Shown here in pieces: positions 37,421 to 52,300 of a DNA stretch of 64,000 nucleotides. The notes beneath the pieces are model-generated. The model did no database searches. It was not told the DNA's origin and saw only the letters and a program-made list of their open reading frames with translations. A program made the position numbers and the translations under genes. Source of the DNA: Octopus bimaculoides (Eukaryota); the NCBI RefSeq assembly GCF_001194135.2, contig NC_068990.1, positions 70,545,550 through 70,609,549 on the forward strand. The letters run 5' to 3'. Positions within the stretch are counted from its first letter, which is position 1; each line of letters begins with the position of its first letter.

Positions 37421-40400
37421 CAAGCATGATAGCTAAGTGTAAACTAAAAATAAGTGGTGTATTAAAATCTTTGCTTCCCAACCACCTAGTTTCAAGATCT
37501 GTCCCACTACATGGTACCTTGGGTAAGTGTCTTCTACTATAGCCTTGGGCTGACCAAAACCTTGTGAGTGGATTTGGTTGACAGAAACTGAATGAAGCCT
37601 GTTGTGTTTGTGTGTCTTTCTAAAAGATAACAGAATATAACAGTTAGCTATATTAAGAATGTTTTATGGTCGACTAATCCATGATCTTTTAAAATGTGGA
37701 ATATCTTGGGAAACCAACACCAAAATATTTCCCTTCTGTTTCTTTTCTTTTCTTGGACGCTTCAGATTCCATTAAACAGAAAATGATTTTGTTCGTGTAA
37801 CATTTGATTTTTACCAACAGACATTGTATAATGATATATTTGAAGCAGCAACAGTTTATGGTCAGATGTCTTTCCTGTTGTAAAACCTTACTTATTTTTG
37901 CTCCAAATATGAGATTTTTTTATTATTATTTCACTGGCCTTTGAAAACACAGACAGTCTGGTTGTAATGTCAACAAGGAATGTAAACATCATTTCACTGT
38001 TTCACTTGGACATTGATAAACAAAGCAATAACACGTTAACATAGATGTGCATATGCATGCACACATAAATGCTCACAAGTGGGCACACACACACACGCAC
38101 ACACACACATGTAAATACACACATGCATATAAAACAAAAGATGTCTGTGTGTGTAGTACATATGCATTTCTACAGTTTTCAACTGATTTTCACCAAACTT
38201 TACACTCACATTACATATGTGCCAAGGATGGTCATGCATTTTAACATTTTGCCCAGAGCTCCTGCATAAATCGACAAACTGGAAAAATGGTGTTTTACAC
38301 AGGTTTTTTTCTGCAGTGTTCAACCGATTTTCTCCCTTCTCTCTCTCTGGTTATTTATCTCTTCTCTTGCTTTTTCTCATTCTCTGTTTCTCTTGCTCAC
38401 ATATTCTTTCTCACCCTCTGTAATAGTTCCTCTCTTTTATTCTATGTCTGTTTCTTTCACTCTCTCTTTCTCTCTCTCTTTTTAACTCACTCACACACTA
38501 ACTTCTGTCTAAAAAAATTTACTTCCGTGTGTTTCAATTAGTTGTGCGTAAAAATCTCTGTTATGATTTTTGTACATTCTCCCTGGAAAATAATTTAGTT
38601 ATTTTAAATTTTTGTTCACCCAGTGTGTTTAAATTCAGTTTTGCCACATCTGCCTAAAAATTGACTTCAGTGTATTTCAATTTTGTTGCGCGTAAATATC
38701 TTTGTCTTTACGGTATTTGTATGTTCTCCTCACAAAGGATGACTATGAGTTTGTGTGTGTAGTACATATATATTTCTACAGTTTTCAACCAATTTTCACC
38801 AAACTTTCTACACACATGTGCCAAGGATGGTCATGCAATATAACATTTTGCTCAGAACTCCCACTGAAGCCTCTAGGTGTACCCCCCGCTTATTCGTGGT
38901 TCGGCATTCAGTTATTCACGGAAGGAATAATTGTTCATGGAAACCACCGCATATTTATGGAATCGTAAATATCTGACAGGCTTCTGTAGAGTTTTTTTTG
39001 ACTAGTCTCACTCAAAACCCATTTGTTGATCTGGTTTATATTGAAGACATTTATTCAGAGTGCTGTGCAATATGGCTGAACCTGAAATCACATGGTTACA
39101 ATATGAACTTCTTAGGCACACAGCCATCTGAAAAACCCTGAAGTTTATTAAGAAACAGTTCTTTAATTTTACATTAATTTTCAACCTTATGGTTTTCATG
39201 ACTCCAGGACTACAAAAGTTTGTTGAATCAAACAGAACCAAAAAACTGGCAGCTCTGCTCTGCTATTATCTTTCAGAAAGAACATCATGATTGGGTTTTT
39301 TATATTTTTCGTAGCTCCACAAGAAAAGAAAATGTTAATTTCTTGTCCAAAAAAAAATGAAAGCATGAGAATCAAAAGCATGTTTTTCCAATTGGGAGGA
39401 GGGATGAGGAGAATTAGATCTGCTTAGAAAAGAACAACTGGGGGCAAGTTTGTGATTATAATCATGTGATGTAGTGAAGAATAATTTACTCAGTGTTGAT
39501 AAATACCATTCTAAGTGTTCTATGACATCAAAAAAAAAAAAAAAAACTATTTGTTTTTAGAATTCTATTAACTTAATGTATTTTAATAGTTTATTAATTT
39601 TTATATCATTGTTTGCATACCTGCTAATTCAATTACAAAAAAAGATTACTTCCTCCCCACCCCCTTTAAGGCCTGACAAAGACTTTGCTATAATTGTTTT
39701 TATGTGAATTAGAACGTGTTAGAGTATTTTGAAATATAAAGCTGTTCGTTATTTTCATTCAATTTACTATCACAATGGATACAGCCATAATGTGTGCAAA
39801 CACAATTGTTGGAGTCAAGTTAGAGGAACAAAAATGATAATAAAATTTGTAATATTAATTTGATTTATAACATATGATGTGTATTAAATAAAGGCATATC
39901 AATTAAATAACAATAATAATATATTAATAGTAATTATAATCTTCATTAATAACATAATCATTTAAACAAACAAACACATATCCACACACCTAGATACAGA
40001 GATCTTTTTATGAATTAATCTTTGATTGTATAATAGCATTGTCAACAGTTGTACTATTATAAATACTTGTGTAACATATATCAAAGAGCAGCAAGATTGG
40101 AAATCTCCTCTCTATAGATTAATTTAGAAAAAAATACATCAATAAATTGTTGAGTTGTCATCATTATCATCATTTAACATCTGTGTTCCATGCTGGTATG
40201 GGTTGGACAGTTTGGCAGGATCTGATGAATCCAAGGTCTGCCTTTTGCTCCAGTGTCTACTTTGACATGGTTACTATGACTGGATATCCTTCCTAATGCC
40301 AGCCCCTTTACAGCATGTACTGGGTGCTTTTCCTTGTACCACCAGCACAAAATAAGCATCCAATACATGCTGTTTATGTAATAATTTTTTCTCCTATGAC

Positions 40401-41150
40401 ATATACATATAAAATCATTATAAACAAGGGAGGAAAAAACATACTGAACAGACACTAAGTAAGATTCTAACATCCTGTCTGATGAACCAATATAGGAACC
40501 TTTACATAATAGCTTGATTTATTACAAATAGCAGCCAAATTTCCTTCAAGCAATAACCTCTTCAGGTTGTCTGTTTTCATTGGATTCAGTACCATGGATT
40601 TCCATGTCAACCTGTCTTGGACCCTCCTTTAATATATTCACTATATTTTAAATCTGTCTAATTCTTAATAGTATAATGGTCTTATTGATTTTGCCTTTTA
40701 TGAACAAACTTCATAATCTATTTTTTGTTTCAACTTGTCTGAAATATTTTCATTTTCTCCCCTTAAAGGTGTATAATGAAATTAGCATTTCATTGTAGGT
40801 TATATGCTCTGTTCATGCTATTCTCAAAATTCTTCCATATAACCACATCTCAAATTTATTTGATAGCAAGTCTGTTTAGGTTTATATTTCACTACAGTAG
40901 ACCATACACATTTCTTTTCTCAAATCACTTCATAGTTTTCTTTTTTAATCTGTAAATAATTTGTAATTATCTCTGTTCATCTTTTACTTTCTTAGTCTTT
41001 CTTTAGATTACTGCTTTACATTTTTCATCCTCTAATTTCATATGTCTCACCTTACCATCTCCAGGAAAGATACTTTGGTTAATGTAGTCTTGTATATGTG
41101 AAAGTACAGAATAGTCAAGGCTAGAATGTCTTTGAGATCAGGACTGTATT

Positions 41151-41186
<36 letters not shown>

Positions 41187-42281
41187 TCTCTCTCAAGTCT
41201 TTACAAGTCTCATTAATAGAGATGAGTACATCAGTATTATTCCTGCAATGAAAGTGTAGAAAAGTAACTAGTATAATGGGAACGTAGTTGCTCAATGGAT
41301 CTAAGTTCAAACCCTGACAGAGCTGGTTCAATATTTTATATTCATCTCACCCACTTCCCAGACACACTAAACAAAAACACATCTACTTGACTTCAGACTC
41401 CATGGTACCTCATGTAGTAGTTAAGGTTTCCACATTTAAATCATTTCATCATCTCTTGTTCTTCCAGGGGCAATAAATTAACCACCAGTAATAAACTTAG
41501 GTTATTTCAATCTATTATTTATCCTCTACTTACTGAAATGATTACAGATGGTTTGGTGACAGAAATGATTATTAACTCAATCATGATTGGGCAAATGATA
41601 ATAATACGATCAACATTAAATTCATCATTCTACAGAGTCCAGTACTTCCTAGATCTCAGTTCAGATATTGTCATCATGACCTTTATTTTTTATTTCTCTG
41701 ATTCATGAAATAAATACCAGTAATTTATTCAGTTTCTTATGCAAATGCACAGTTGGTTGAATTGATCCCAATATGCTACTGGTGTTAATTTTATCAGCAA
41801 CCCAAATATTCTGTATTTTTTTCTTTTTTTAATATTTCAGGAATGTCTTGAAACCCAGCTGACCAAGCCTAATTTGTTAACTCCTGATCTAAGTCGAATA
41901 AATGTAAGTATTTTATTTGCAGTAACTTTTTCTTTAAGTTTTCAGTAGATGCAAAGCTGAATTACCAAACAGTTTGATTTTTTGTATTTTTTATTTTTTT
42001 TTACCTTGCACTCTGGTGATTATTGATAACAAGGAAGTTAGCTGCCGTATGACTGGTGACTTTGGAAGTATAGTTTTGTCAGGAAATAAGGTTTACATAC
42101 AATAATTATAATTTAACTTCTTATCAAATTTCTTGGAGCTTATACAAAATAATGAAATGAACTAATATTTAAAAGAAAAAATATTTATTCACACAAAGTA
42201 GAAGAAACAAATTTCTTAAGTGTATAACTTCTCCTGTAACTACCTTATCATTTATCTCCTCCAATATCATGATTCTCTCTC

Positions 42282-42316
<35 letters not shown>

Positions 42317-42865
42317 TGTTCTTTTACTCTTTACCTGCCACCAAGGTTCATGTGCACTCATCCCACACCTCTTATGTTAAAGCTCTCTGAATCTTTCTTT
42401 TAGTCTCTCTCTCTCTTTCTCATCTCTCTATACAGTGTAAAGTATGACAAAAGATATCAACCCACCAACTAACCAACATTTATTTCAGCTATTATAATAT
42501 AGAGGTGATTTTTCTTTCTCTCTCTCTCTCTCTCTCTCGCTCTCTCTCTCACTGTGACATTCTTTTACTTATTACCTCTCACCAAGCACTCATCTTGTAC
42601 TTCTCATGATAATTCTTTCTGTCTCTCTTTTGTACTCTCTCTCCACATCTCTTTATATGTTGTAAAGCCTAACTGGAGAAATCAACCAGCATTATTATAT
42701 TGGCAGTTGTTATTATAGAGAGATATTTAAACACATTTTATAATGTAATATAAGTAGAACCATTAACAATAATGGCATTGGAGGGATTTTCTCTTTTCTA
42801 ATACAATACCAATCTGTGATATATTATTGCACATGCACATGCACCCATCTAATTTAATAGTTACA

Positions 42866-42916
<51 letters not shown>

Positions 42917-42964
42917 CAGAGTAAGAGCTAGACAGACTTGAAGATAGAAAACAATCTCTCTCTC

Positions 42965-42997
<33 letters not shown>

Positions 42998-43893
42998 NNN
43001 NNNNNNNNNNNNNNNNNNNNNNNNNNNNNNNNNNNNNNNNNNNNNNNNNNNNNNNNNNNNNNNNNNNNNNNNNNNNNNNNNNNNNNNNNNNNNNNNNNNN
43101 NNNNNNNNNNNNNNNNNNNNNNNNNNNNNNNNNNNNNNNNNNNNNNNNNNNNNNNNNNNNNNNNNNNNNNNNNNNNNNNNNNNNNNNNNNNNNNNNNNNN
43201 NNNNNNNNNNNNNNNNNNNNNNNNNNNNNNNNNNNNNNNNNNNNNNNNNNNNNNNNNNNNNNNNNNNNNNNNNNNNNNNNNNNNNNNNNNNNNNNNNNNN
43301 NNNNNNNNNNNNNNNNNNNNNNNNNNNNNNNNNNNNNNNNNNNNNNNNNNNNNNNNNNNNNNNNNNNNNNNNNNNNNNNNNNNNNNNNNNNNNNNNNNNN
43401 NNNNNNNNNNNNNNNNNNNNNNNNNNNNNNNNNNNNNNNNNNNNNNNNNNNNNNNNNNNNNNNNNNNNNNNNNNNNNNNNNNNNNNNNNNNNNNNNNNNN
43501 NNNNNNNNNNNNNNNNNNNNNNNNNNNNNNNNNNNNNNNNNNNNNNNNNNNNNNNNNNNNNNNNNNNNNNNNNNNNNNNNNNNNNNNNNNNNNNNNNNNN
43601 NNNNNNNNNNNNNNNNNNNNNNNNNNNNNNNNNTTAACACCCTACCTAACCCATGAAAATCATGCGGGTGTTAATCTGAAAATTTAACAATCTTTTTTAA
43701 AACACTTTTGCTTACTAACATTTTTTTATTTAGTGTGTGTGTGTGTTGCCCATATATATATATACACTTAAGACTTAGTTGTGGGTTGGGACTTTCATCG
43801 GCACAGGTCATTATTATTACGACCATATATATACATACACACAGAATGCACGTTAATACACACATACATACAAATACCTATCATTTTTTTTTA

Positions 43894-43932
<39 letters not shown>

Positions 43933-45137
43933 GCCCATCTTAATATACAATGCTGAAGTTCTGTATCTGTGTGAAGCCTTTTTAAAAGTTTATAGAAATC
44001 CACATTTTCCACTTTTTTGTCCTAACCCTAACACTGTAAGTGAAAATTGTGCTGGTGTTAATCTGAAAATTTAACAATCTTTTTTAAAACACTTTTACTT
44101 ACTAACATTTTTTAATTTAGTGTATGTGTGTGTTGCCCATATATATATATACACTTAAGACTTAGTTGTGGGTTGGGAGTTTGATCGGCAGGCGTCATTA
44201 TTATTATTATTATTATTATTATTTTAAATTTTTCCCCCCAAGGGCGGCTTCAGGCAGGTGGAGAATAGTCGATTATATCGACCCCTGTGTCCAACTGGTA
44301 CTTATTTTTAGACCCCGAAACGATGAAAGGCAAAGTCGACTTCGGCGGAATTTGAACTCAGAACGTAGAGATGACCTGTCGCTACACTGATTCTGCAGAA
44401 CAGAGTTGAGTGTGAAAACCAACTTTAAAGTGTAAATATAGATGTTTTTGAATACATATTCATACATACAAACTACGGAGCTTATGGACAACACATTGCA
44501 AATCAGTGAACTTCATTACAAATGTGGGTAATTTTTTAGATTAACACCCACACGATTTTCACTAGGGTGTTAGGGTTATGGTTTTTGGGTCAGGGTTAGG
44601 GTTTTAGGGTTACAGTTAGGGTTAGGGTTACGATGAGGGTTACGGTTTTAGGGTCTAAGGATTATGGTTACGTAATTGTTCTGGTGTTAGTCTGAAAAAT
44701 TACCGAAATGTGAAAACTACCGACCCTGCCAACTGTTATAACTTTTGTTGTTCTCTTTAATATGTACATAGATTATGCATCCAAACAAGACAATTTGCTG
44801 GGGAAAGAAAGCAACCGGTTTAAAAAGACAGCAACAAATTGCATCAATTCAACACATTCCAGAAGCTACTTTGATCAAGGCAGCGCAAAAAGTTGTTTTG
44901 CACAAGCATTTCTATAGCCAATTAGACAGATGAAATTTACATACGCTTAATAATGTTACGCAAAACAGCCTTCAGACTTTCCCTATTAATTTCATCGTCG
45001 TTTGAATTATGAACATATTTACACCATAAGGGTTTTTTCGTTGTTAGGCTTTCTTTTTTAGTTGATATTTACCTAGCAAGACTTATTGTAGATGGCGTAA
45101 TAAGTCACACCCGGACAACGTCGGGTTATACTGCTAG

Positions 45138-45169
<32 letters not shown>

Positions 45170-45554
45170 TATATACATACACACAGGTTTTAAATTTGAG
45201 CTGCTAATAATTTCATGGCTCTGAAAATACAATGTTGGACAAGTTTGTATTGCATACCATGTATTTTCAGGCAATAGTCTAAATGATTGCCTGAAAATAC
45301 ATGTCATACTCTAAAAGTTTGACCAATCATTGTATTTTCAGAGACATGAAACTAATTGTAGCTCAAATTTAAATCCTGTGTATATGAAATATATATTTAT
45401 ACTCACGCACATGCATGTATATCTAAATGCATGTGTATGCATGTATATATCAGTGTGTGTAAGGGTATATATATATACACATATATGTATATTCACACTT
45501 ATACATACATACCTACACACACACACACACACGCACACACGTATAAATATGTGC

Positions 45555-45593
<39 letters not shown>

Positions 45594-48500
45594 CATATAT
45601 CACATGTACCCCATATATAATGCAATACTTAATGGCGGTATTATTTCATTTTCTTCTTTTCCCTCCAAGGCCCCTTTTACCATTCATTGTGCATTTCTTG
45701 CTCTGCAATCATTTTACCAGATGAAAGGAAGACTTCCCAACACCAGGTAAGTAGGGAATTTTATAGCTTTGTGATTGATGTTGTTGTTGCCATGACACAA
45801 TTAGAAGTGCTTCATCTAACCCCCACCCTGTATGGCAGGGGTTGTCAAAGCAATACTGCAGACTTAGAGAAACACAGCCTCAAGCAGAATATATGCAAAC
45901 ATTAACACCTGACAAAACATTACAAATCCTCAAAATATAGCCTAGATATTCAAAACCCATTAATATTACATATATTTATATTCTATTTTTTGCAAATCTA
46001 CAGTCCCACCAAGTGACACAGTTTTCACTACACTTTCTAAATTTACTCTCTGATATCACTGCAGAGGGTTATTTTTTTAATGTATGCAATATATACATAA
46101 TGGAAAATTTCATATATAAATCTATCTATATTTATATAAAGATGAGAATGTGTGTCTGTCTGTTTGTCTGTCTGTGTGAATCCTTAAAACTTGAGAACTA
46201 CACAACCAATTTCATTCAAATTTTACACTTGCCTTACTTTGGGTCCATGTAGTGTTTTAGGCCCCTCCAAATTTTTTTAACTTTATGCCTAGTGCGAGCC
46301 CAGTCCAATATCACATCCCCTCCACTATTTCAGTATTACGTGTCAAAAGTGAAACAATAACATCTCTCTATTGTAATGTCAGATATTTTCACTTTAATAG
46401 TTTCACTTTAATACTGAAACTATTAAAGTGAAACTATTATCTCACATATATACAGGCATACATGCATATATACATACTTAAATATATTTATTACTAGTAG
46501 AGATACCCGGCGTTGCCCGTGTTACATGCAATAGAAGAATTAGACTTTTCTGTTATATTTTCTCTAATGAACTGGAATACCTATGATTCGAATTTCATCA
46601 AAATTGCAGATGAGGGTTCTTTCCCTCTTTACACACCATAAAAAATTCTAATCATGACACGTATCCCATACTACTGATCTTTATGTGCAGATTCCAAAAT
46701 TCCAGTCTTATGGAACCTGTTAAAAGGATTTTGCTCCTGAGAAATGGAGGTCATGGAGCTCTAAAATGTGGGAGTTAAGGACCCTGTTGGGGGTGGGTGT
46801 CTTAATGTCAACCAGAGAAGTTGAGAATTTTTTTGACTTGGGTGTTATATGTATTGTTTGAATTTCTTTGAAATAGGAAATATATGTATGTTCACTGGGT
46901 TTGTAAAAGAGAGCAAAGCTACAGGAAACCAAAAGACGAATGATCACAATAAGCAGTCAGCTACCCTAGCCTAGTCGTTACTACTCCCCAATGTAGAATT
47001 CCTCACAATACAGGTGACAGGCACATGTATATTTATAGATGTATATATATATATATAGATATAGATGTATATGTATACATGTATATGTGTAGATGTATAT
47101 ATTTAGATGTACATGCATATATATAGATGTACATGTCATATGTACACATATATATATACACATATATACATGCATACATATATACACTCATACACACACA
47201 CACATACACACACATACACACACACACACACACATACATAGGTGCAGGTGTGACTGTGTGGTAAAAAACTTGGTTCCAAAACACATGGTCCTGGGTTCAG
47301 TCCCTCTATGTGGTGACTTGGCATGTGTCTTCTGCTATAGCCTCACACCAACCAAAGCATTGTGAGTGGATTTTGTAGACAGAAACTGAAAGAAATCAAT
47401 CGTATATATATGTACGTATATATGTAAGTGTATGTGTGTGTCTTTGTCTCTGTGTTTCTCCCTCATCACTGCTTCACAACTGCTGTTCGTTTATTTACAT
47501 CCCNNNNNNNNNNATATATATATATATATATATATATATAATACACACACACACATACATGTATGTATATGTGTATATTCATATCTATTATATAAAAGTC
47601 AATGTCTTTATGTGTGTTCGTGTGTTACTTATACATTCGAAAACTACTGCACTGATCCTAATGAAATTTAGAACACAAAATCCAAGCCTAGGGAGAAGGG
47701 TAATGCTGTGTGTTTCATACAATTTCATGGACCAAAATTACTGAATGGATGCTTATGATATTTGGAACTTAGATTCAATGCGTAAGGGCAAGTATAATGC
47801 AGTATGTTTGGTTTGAATTTGAGATAGCTTAAAGGGGGCAGAACCCCCATGAAAATTCATAAATTTTCAATGTTGATGAAATTTCAATACATCAAGACGT
47901 ATTTTCAAACTTTCCACTTCTCATGAGTCTAAAACCATCTCTGGAACATAAACAATGGTGGTGGGGTCAAACACAAACACATACATAAATATATACATAT
48001 ATATATATGTATAACAGGCTTCTTTCAGTTTCTGTCTACCAAATCCACTCACAAGGCTTTTGTCAACCTGAGGCTGTAGTAGAAGACACTTGCTCAAGGT
48101 GCCATGTAGGGAGACTGAAACCGGAACCATGTACTTGGGAAGCAAGCTTCTTACTATACAGCCATGCTTTTATATATATATATATATATGGTGATGGCAA
48201 TAATAATGCGACCCTGAAGAGATGGAGTATCCGGCAGTTTATAATTTGTAATTTGTAATGTGTTATAATATGTTATAATATTTTATGAGACATTTTATGA
48301 TGTGGTTTATTTATCCTGGATACTCTATTGAAATGTGCGTAGGTTTGGCTTATTGTTGTTGTTTCTGCTATTATAATTGTTGCTGCAATAAAGTATCTTC
48401 AATGCATCGATTTTGAGCTCTATTTTTTAAGNNNNNNNNNNNNNNNNNNNNNNNNNNNNNNNNNNNNNNNNNNNNNNNNNNNNNNNNNNNNNNNNNNNNN

Positions 48501-49324
48501 NNNNNNNNNNNNNNNNNNNNNNNNNNNNNNNNNNNNNNNNNNNNNNNNNNNNNNNNNNNNNNNNNNNNNNNNNNNNNNNNNNNNNNNNNNNNNNNNNNNN
48601 NNNNNNNNNNNNNNNNNNNNNNNNNNNNNNNNNNNNNNNNNNNNNNNNNNNNNNNNNNNNNNNNNNNNNNNNNNNNNNNNNNNNNNNNNNNNNNNNNNNN
48701 NNNNNNNNNNNNNNNNNNNNNNNNNNNNNNNNNNNNNNNNNNNNNNNNNNNNNNNNNNNNNNNNNNNNNNNNNNNNNNNNNNNNNNNNNNNNNNNNNNNN
48801 NNNNNNNNNNNNNNNNNNNNNNNNNNNNNNNNNNNNNNNNNNNNNNNNNNNNNNNNNNNNNNNNNNNNNNNNNNNNNNNNNNNNNNNNNNNNNNNNNNNN
48901 NNNNNNNNNNNNNNNNNNNNNNNNNNNNNNNNNNNNNNNNNNNNNNNNNNNNNNNNNNNNNNNNNNNNNNNNNNNNNNNNNNNNNNNNNNNNNNNNNNNN
49001 NNNNNNNNNNNNNNNNNNNNNNNNNNNNNNNNNNNNNNNNNNNNNNNNNNNNNNNNNNNNNNNNNNNNNNNNNNNNNNNNNNNNNNNNNNNNNNNNNNNN
49101 NNNNNNNNNNNNNNNNNNNNNNNNNNNNNNNNNNNNNNNNNNNNNNNNNNNNNNNNNNNNNNNNNNNNNNNNNNNNNNNNNNNNNNNNNNNNNNNNNNNN
49201 NNNNNNNNNNNNNNNNNNNNNNNNNNNNNNNNNNNNNNNNNNNNNNNNNNNNNNNNNNNNNNNNNNNNNNNNNNNNNNNNNNNATATATATAAAATCATA
49301 TATATATATATATATATATATAAA

Positions 49325-49360
<36 letters not shown>

Positions 49361-52300
49361 ATCATCATATATCTATATGTATGTTTAGGTATGTCTAAAT
49401 ATTTTCAGATGCTATTTAAATGTCAGATTTTACTAACTTATTATCAAATACTGATTTCAGATTTTGGCACAAGGCCAGCAGGTTTGAGTGGGGTGGAAGT
49501 TAACTACATCAACCCCAGTGCTTAACTGTTATTTATTTTATTGGCCCTGAAAGGATGAAAAGCAAGGTCGACCTCAGCAGAATATGAACTCAGAATTTGA
49601 AGACATGAAATGCCAGTAAAAATTTAACCTGGTGTGCTAATGACTCTGCCAGCTTGCCCCCTTAAGTTACTGTTAAATGTTACTAAATACAGTATCCACT
49701 TTTTACCAAGTAATCAATCATATTGCGAATATCAAAAATGTTGAGATATGAGGAATAAAATATTTATCTGATCTTGCTATTTTATTAAATCTCATTAAAC
49801 TCATATTAGATAAGTAATAAGAATGTAACTAATTCTGTAAGTAATCACAGCTAACGTACTGCAATTAATTGTAAAACTACTTTGTGAAGTAATTCTGAGA
49901 AATAATGAGCAAAAATGCTAACAAATAATAGATTTTTGTATGGAAGAGGTAGGCCCAGGAAGACCTGGGCTGAGGTGGTGAGGCAAGACCTTCGTACATT
50001 GGGCCTCACCGAGGCGATGACTACGGACCGAGACCTTTGGAAATGGGCTGTGCGTGAGAAGACCCGGCAAGCCAAGTAAGATCGTTGCCAGTGCCCCTGG
50101 ACTGGTTCTTGTGCGGGTGGCACATGAGATGCACCATTTTGAGCGTGGCCGTTGCCAGTACCGCCTGACTGGCTCCTGTAGGATTTTCGAGCGAGATCGT
50201 TGCCAGTGCCCCTGGACTGGCTTGTGCGGGTGGCACATAAAAGACACCATTTCGAGCGTGGCCGTTTTCGTGCGGGTGACACGTAAAAGCACCCACTACA
50301 CTCTCTGAGTGGTTGGCGTTAGGAAGGGCATCCAGCTGTAGAAACTCTGCCAAATCAGACTGGAGCCTGGTGTTGCCATCCGGTTTCACCAGTCCTCAGT
50401 CAAATCGTCCAACCCATGCTAGCATGGAAAGCGGACGTTAAACGATGATGATGATGATGATGAAAAAGATAAACAATCTCTCCAATCAAGTTGTAATTTT
50501 ATTATTATTATGATTCCACCAAGGTTGACTTTACCTTTCAACCTTTTTGGGATCAATAAATTAAGTACCAGTTGAGTACTGGGATCGATGTAATTGACTA
50601 GCCCCCTCTCCCAAATTTCAGGTCTTGTGCCTATAATAGAAAGGATTATTATTATTATTATTATTATTGTTATTATTATTATTGTTGTTATTGTTGTTAT
50701 TAAGGTGGCATGCTGGCAGAATTATAAGCATACTACACAAAATGCTTAGCAACATTTTGTCTGTCTTTATGTTTTTAGTTCAAATTTCACCAAGGTTGAC
50801 TTTGCCATTCATACTTTTATCATCATCATCATCATCATCATCGTTTAACGTCCGCTTTCCTTGCTGGCATGGGTTGGACAGTTTGACTGTGGACTGGTGA
50901 GCCAGAAGGTTGCACCAGGCTCAATCTGATCTGGCAATGTTTCTACAGCTGGATGCCCTTCCTAACACCAACCACTTCAAGAGTGTAGTGGGTGCTTTTA
51001 AATGCCACTGGCACGAGGGCCAGTCAGGTGGTTCTGACAACAACCACGCTCAAAAGGTGTTTTTTACATGTTACCTGCACGGGGGCCAGTCCGGCAGCAC
51101 TGGCAACAACCATGCTCAAATGCTGTCTTTCACGTGCCACCAGTACATGTGTTGGTAAGGCAATGATCACGTTCGAATGGTACTTTTTACATGCCACCGG
51201 CACAGGAGCCAATCTATGGCCCTGGCAACTATCACACTCGGATGTACTTTTAATGTTCCACTGGCATGAATGCCAATAAGGCAGTACTGTCTAGAAATGA
51301 TACATTTCTAAATCTCTCAGAGAGATTTATGCAGTTGTGATACGATGAAGTAGTTGTACGCTGTCAACTTAATGTGACAGTCTCCTGAAGGGAATAATAC
51401 TACTGTTGGTTAGACCTAGGAAACTGCACTGCAATTACCCCTGCTCCATATCTAAGGAGTGAAACCACCTAGGTGTTGATAGCTTCGATCTTATTCCATC
51501 CGTTTAATTTCGACTTAAGGATCAGTCTCAGTCTGTGCAAGTATTCCACCTTAAATTTTTCTGTCATTTCTTTCTCCATCAATTTATCCATTTCCAAAAT
51601 CCCCAAGTACTTATAGCCTGTCTCTTCTATCTGCTTCATAACCTCCCCCGACTGTATCGTTAGCCCATCCATACATTTGATTTTGCCTCTCTTCAAGACT
51701 AACACACCACACTTTCTCAGTCCGAACTCCATTTTGATATCAGCACTGAAGGTATACACTATATCAACGAGGGAACTGACTTGGGCTTCATCTTTACCTT
51801 AAAGTTTGAGGTCATCCATGAATAACAAATGGTTAACTTTTTGTTGGTGGCTTTTGAATACATACCCAGCTTTTGCTTTCCTCAGAATCAGTGTTAGTGG
51901 TATCAAGCACAGTACAAAGATCAGTGGGGACAGGCAGACCCCTTAGGAGATGCTCCTCCTAATTTCTACTGTCCCTAAATTTCTTCCGTATGCTGTCAGG
52001 TCCGTCCTCCATTTCGCCATACTTTTTCCAAGCAATTGCTCAACATTCGATGTAATACGAAATAGGTTAATACACTCTATAATCCAAGAATGTGGGATCA
52101 TATCGTACGCCTTACGATAGACGATCCATGACATGGCTAAATTACTTTCTCTCCTCTTGCAGTCTATAAGTACAGTTTTGTCTATCAGGAGTTGATCCTT
52201 GGTACCTCTGCACTTACGCTTGCAACCCTTCTGCTCATGTGGCAGGACTCCATGTTTTTTCAGATGTTCATATATTGACTCCAGTCAGTAACTTCCACAT

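Noticed and set aside
50383-50399. CTGAGGA-ctggt-GAAAC on the - strand, resembling a hammerhead core
   Set aside because: No stem II and no GUH with stem I/III pairing; it is antisense RTE UTR and is not kept in sibling copies.
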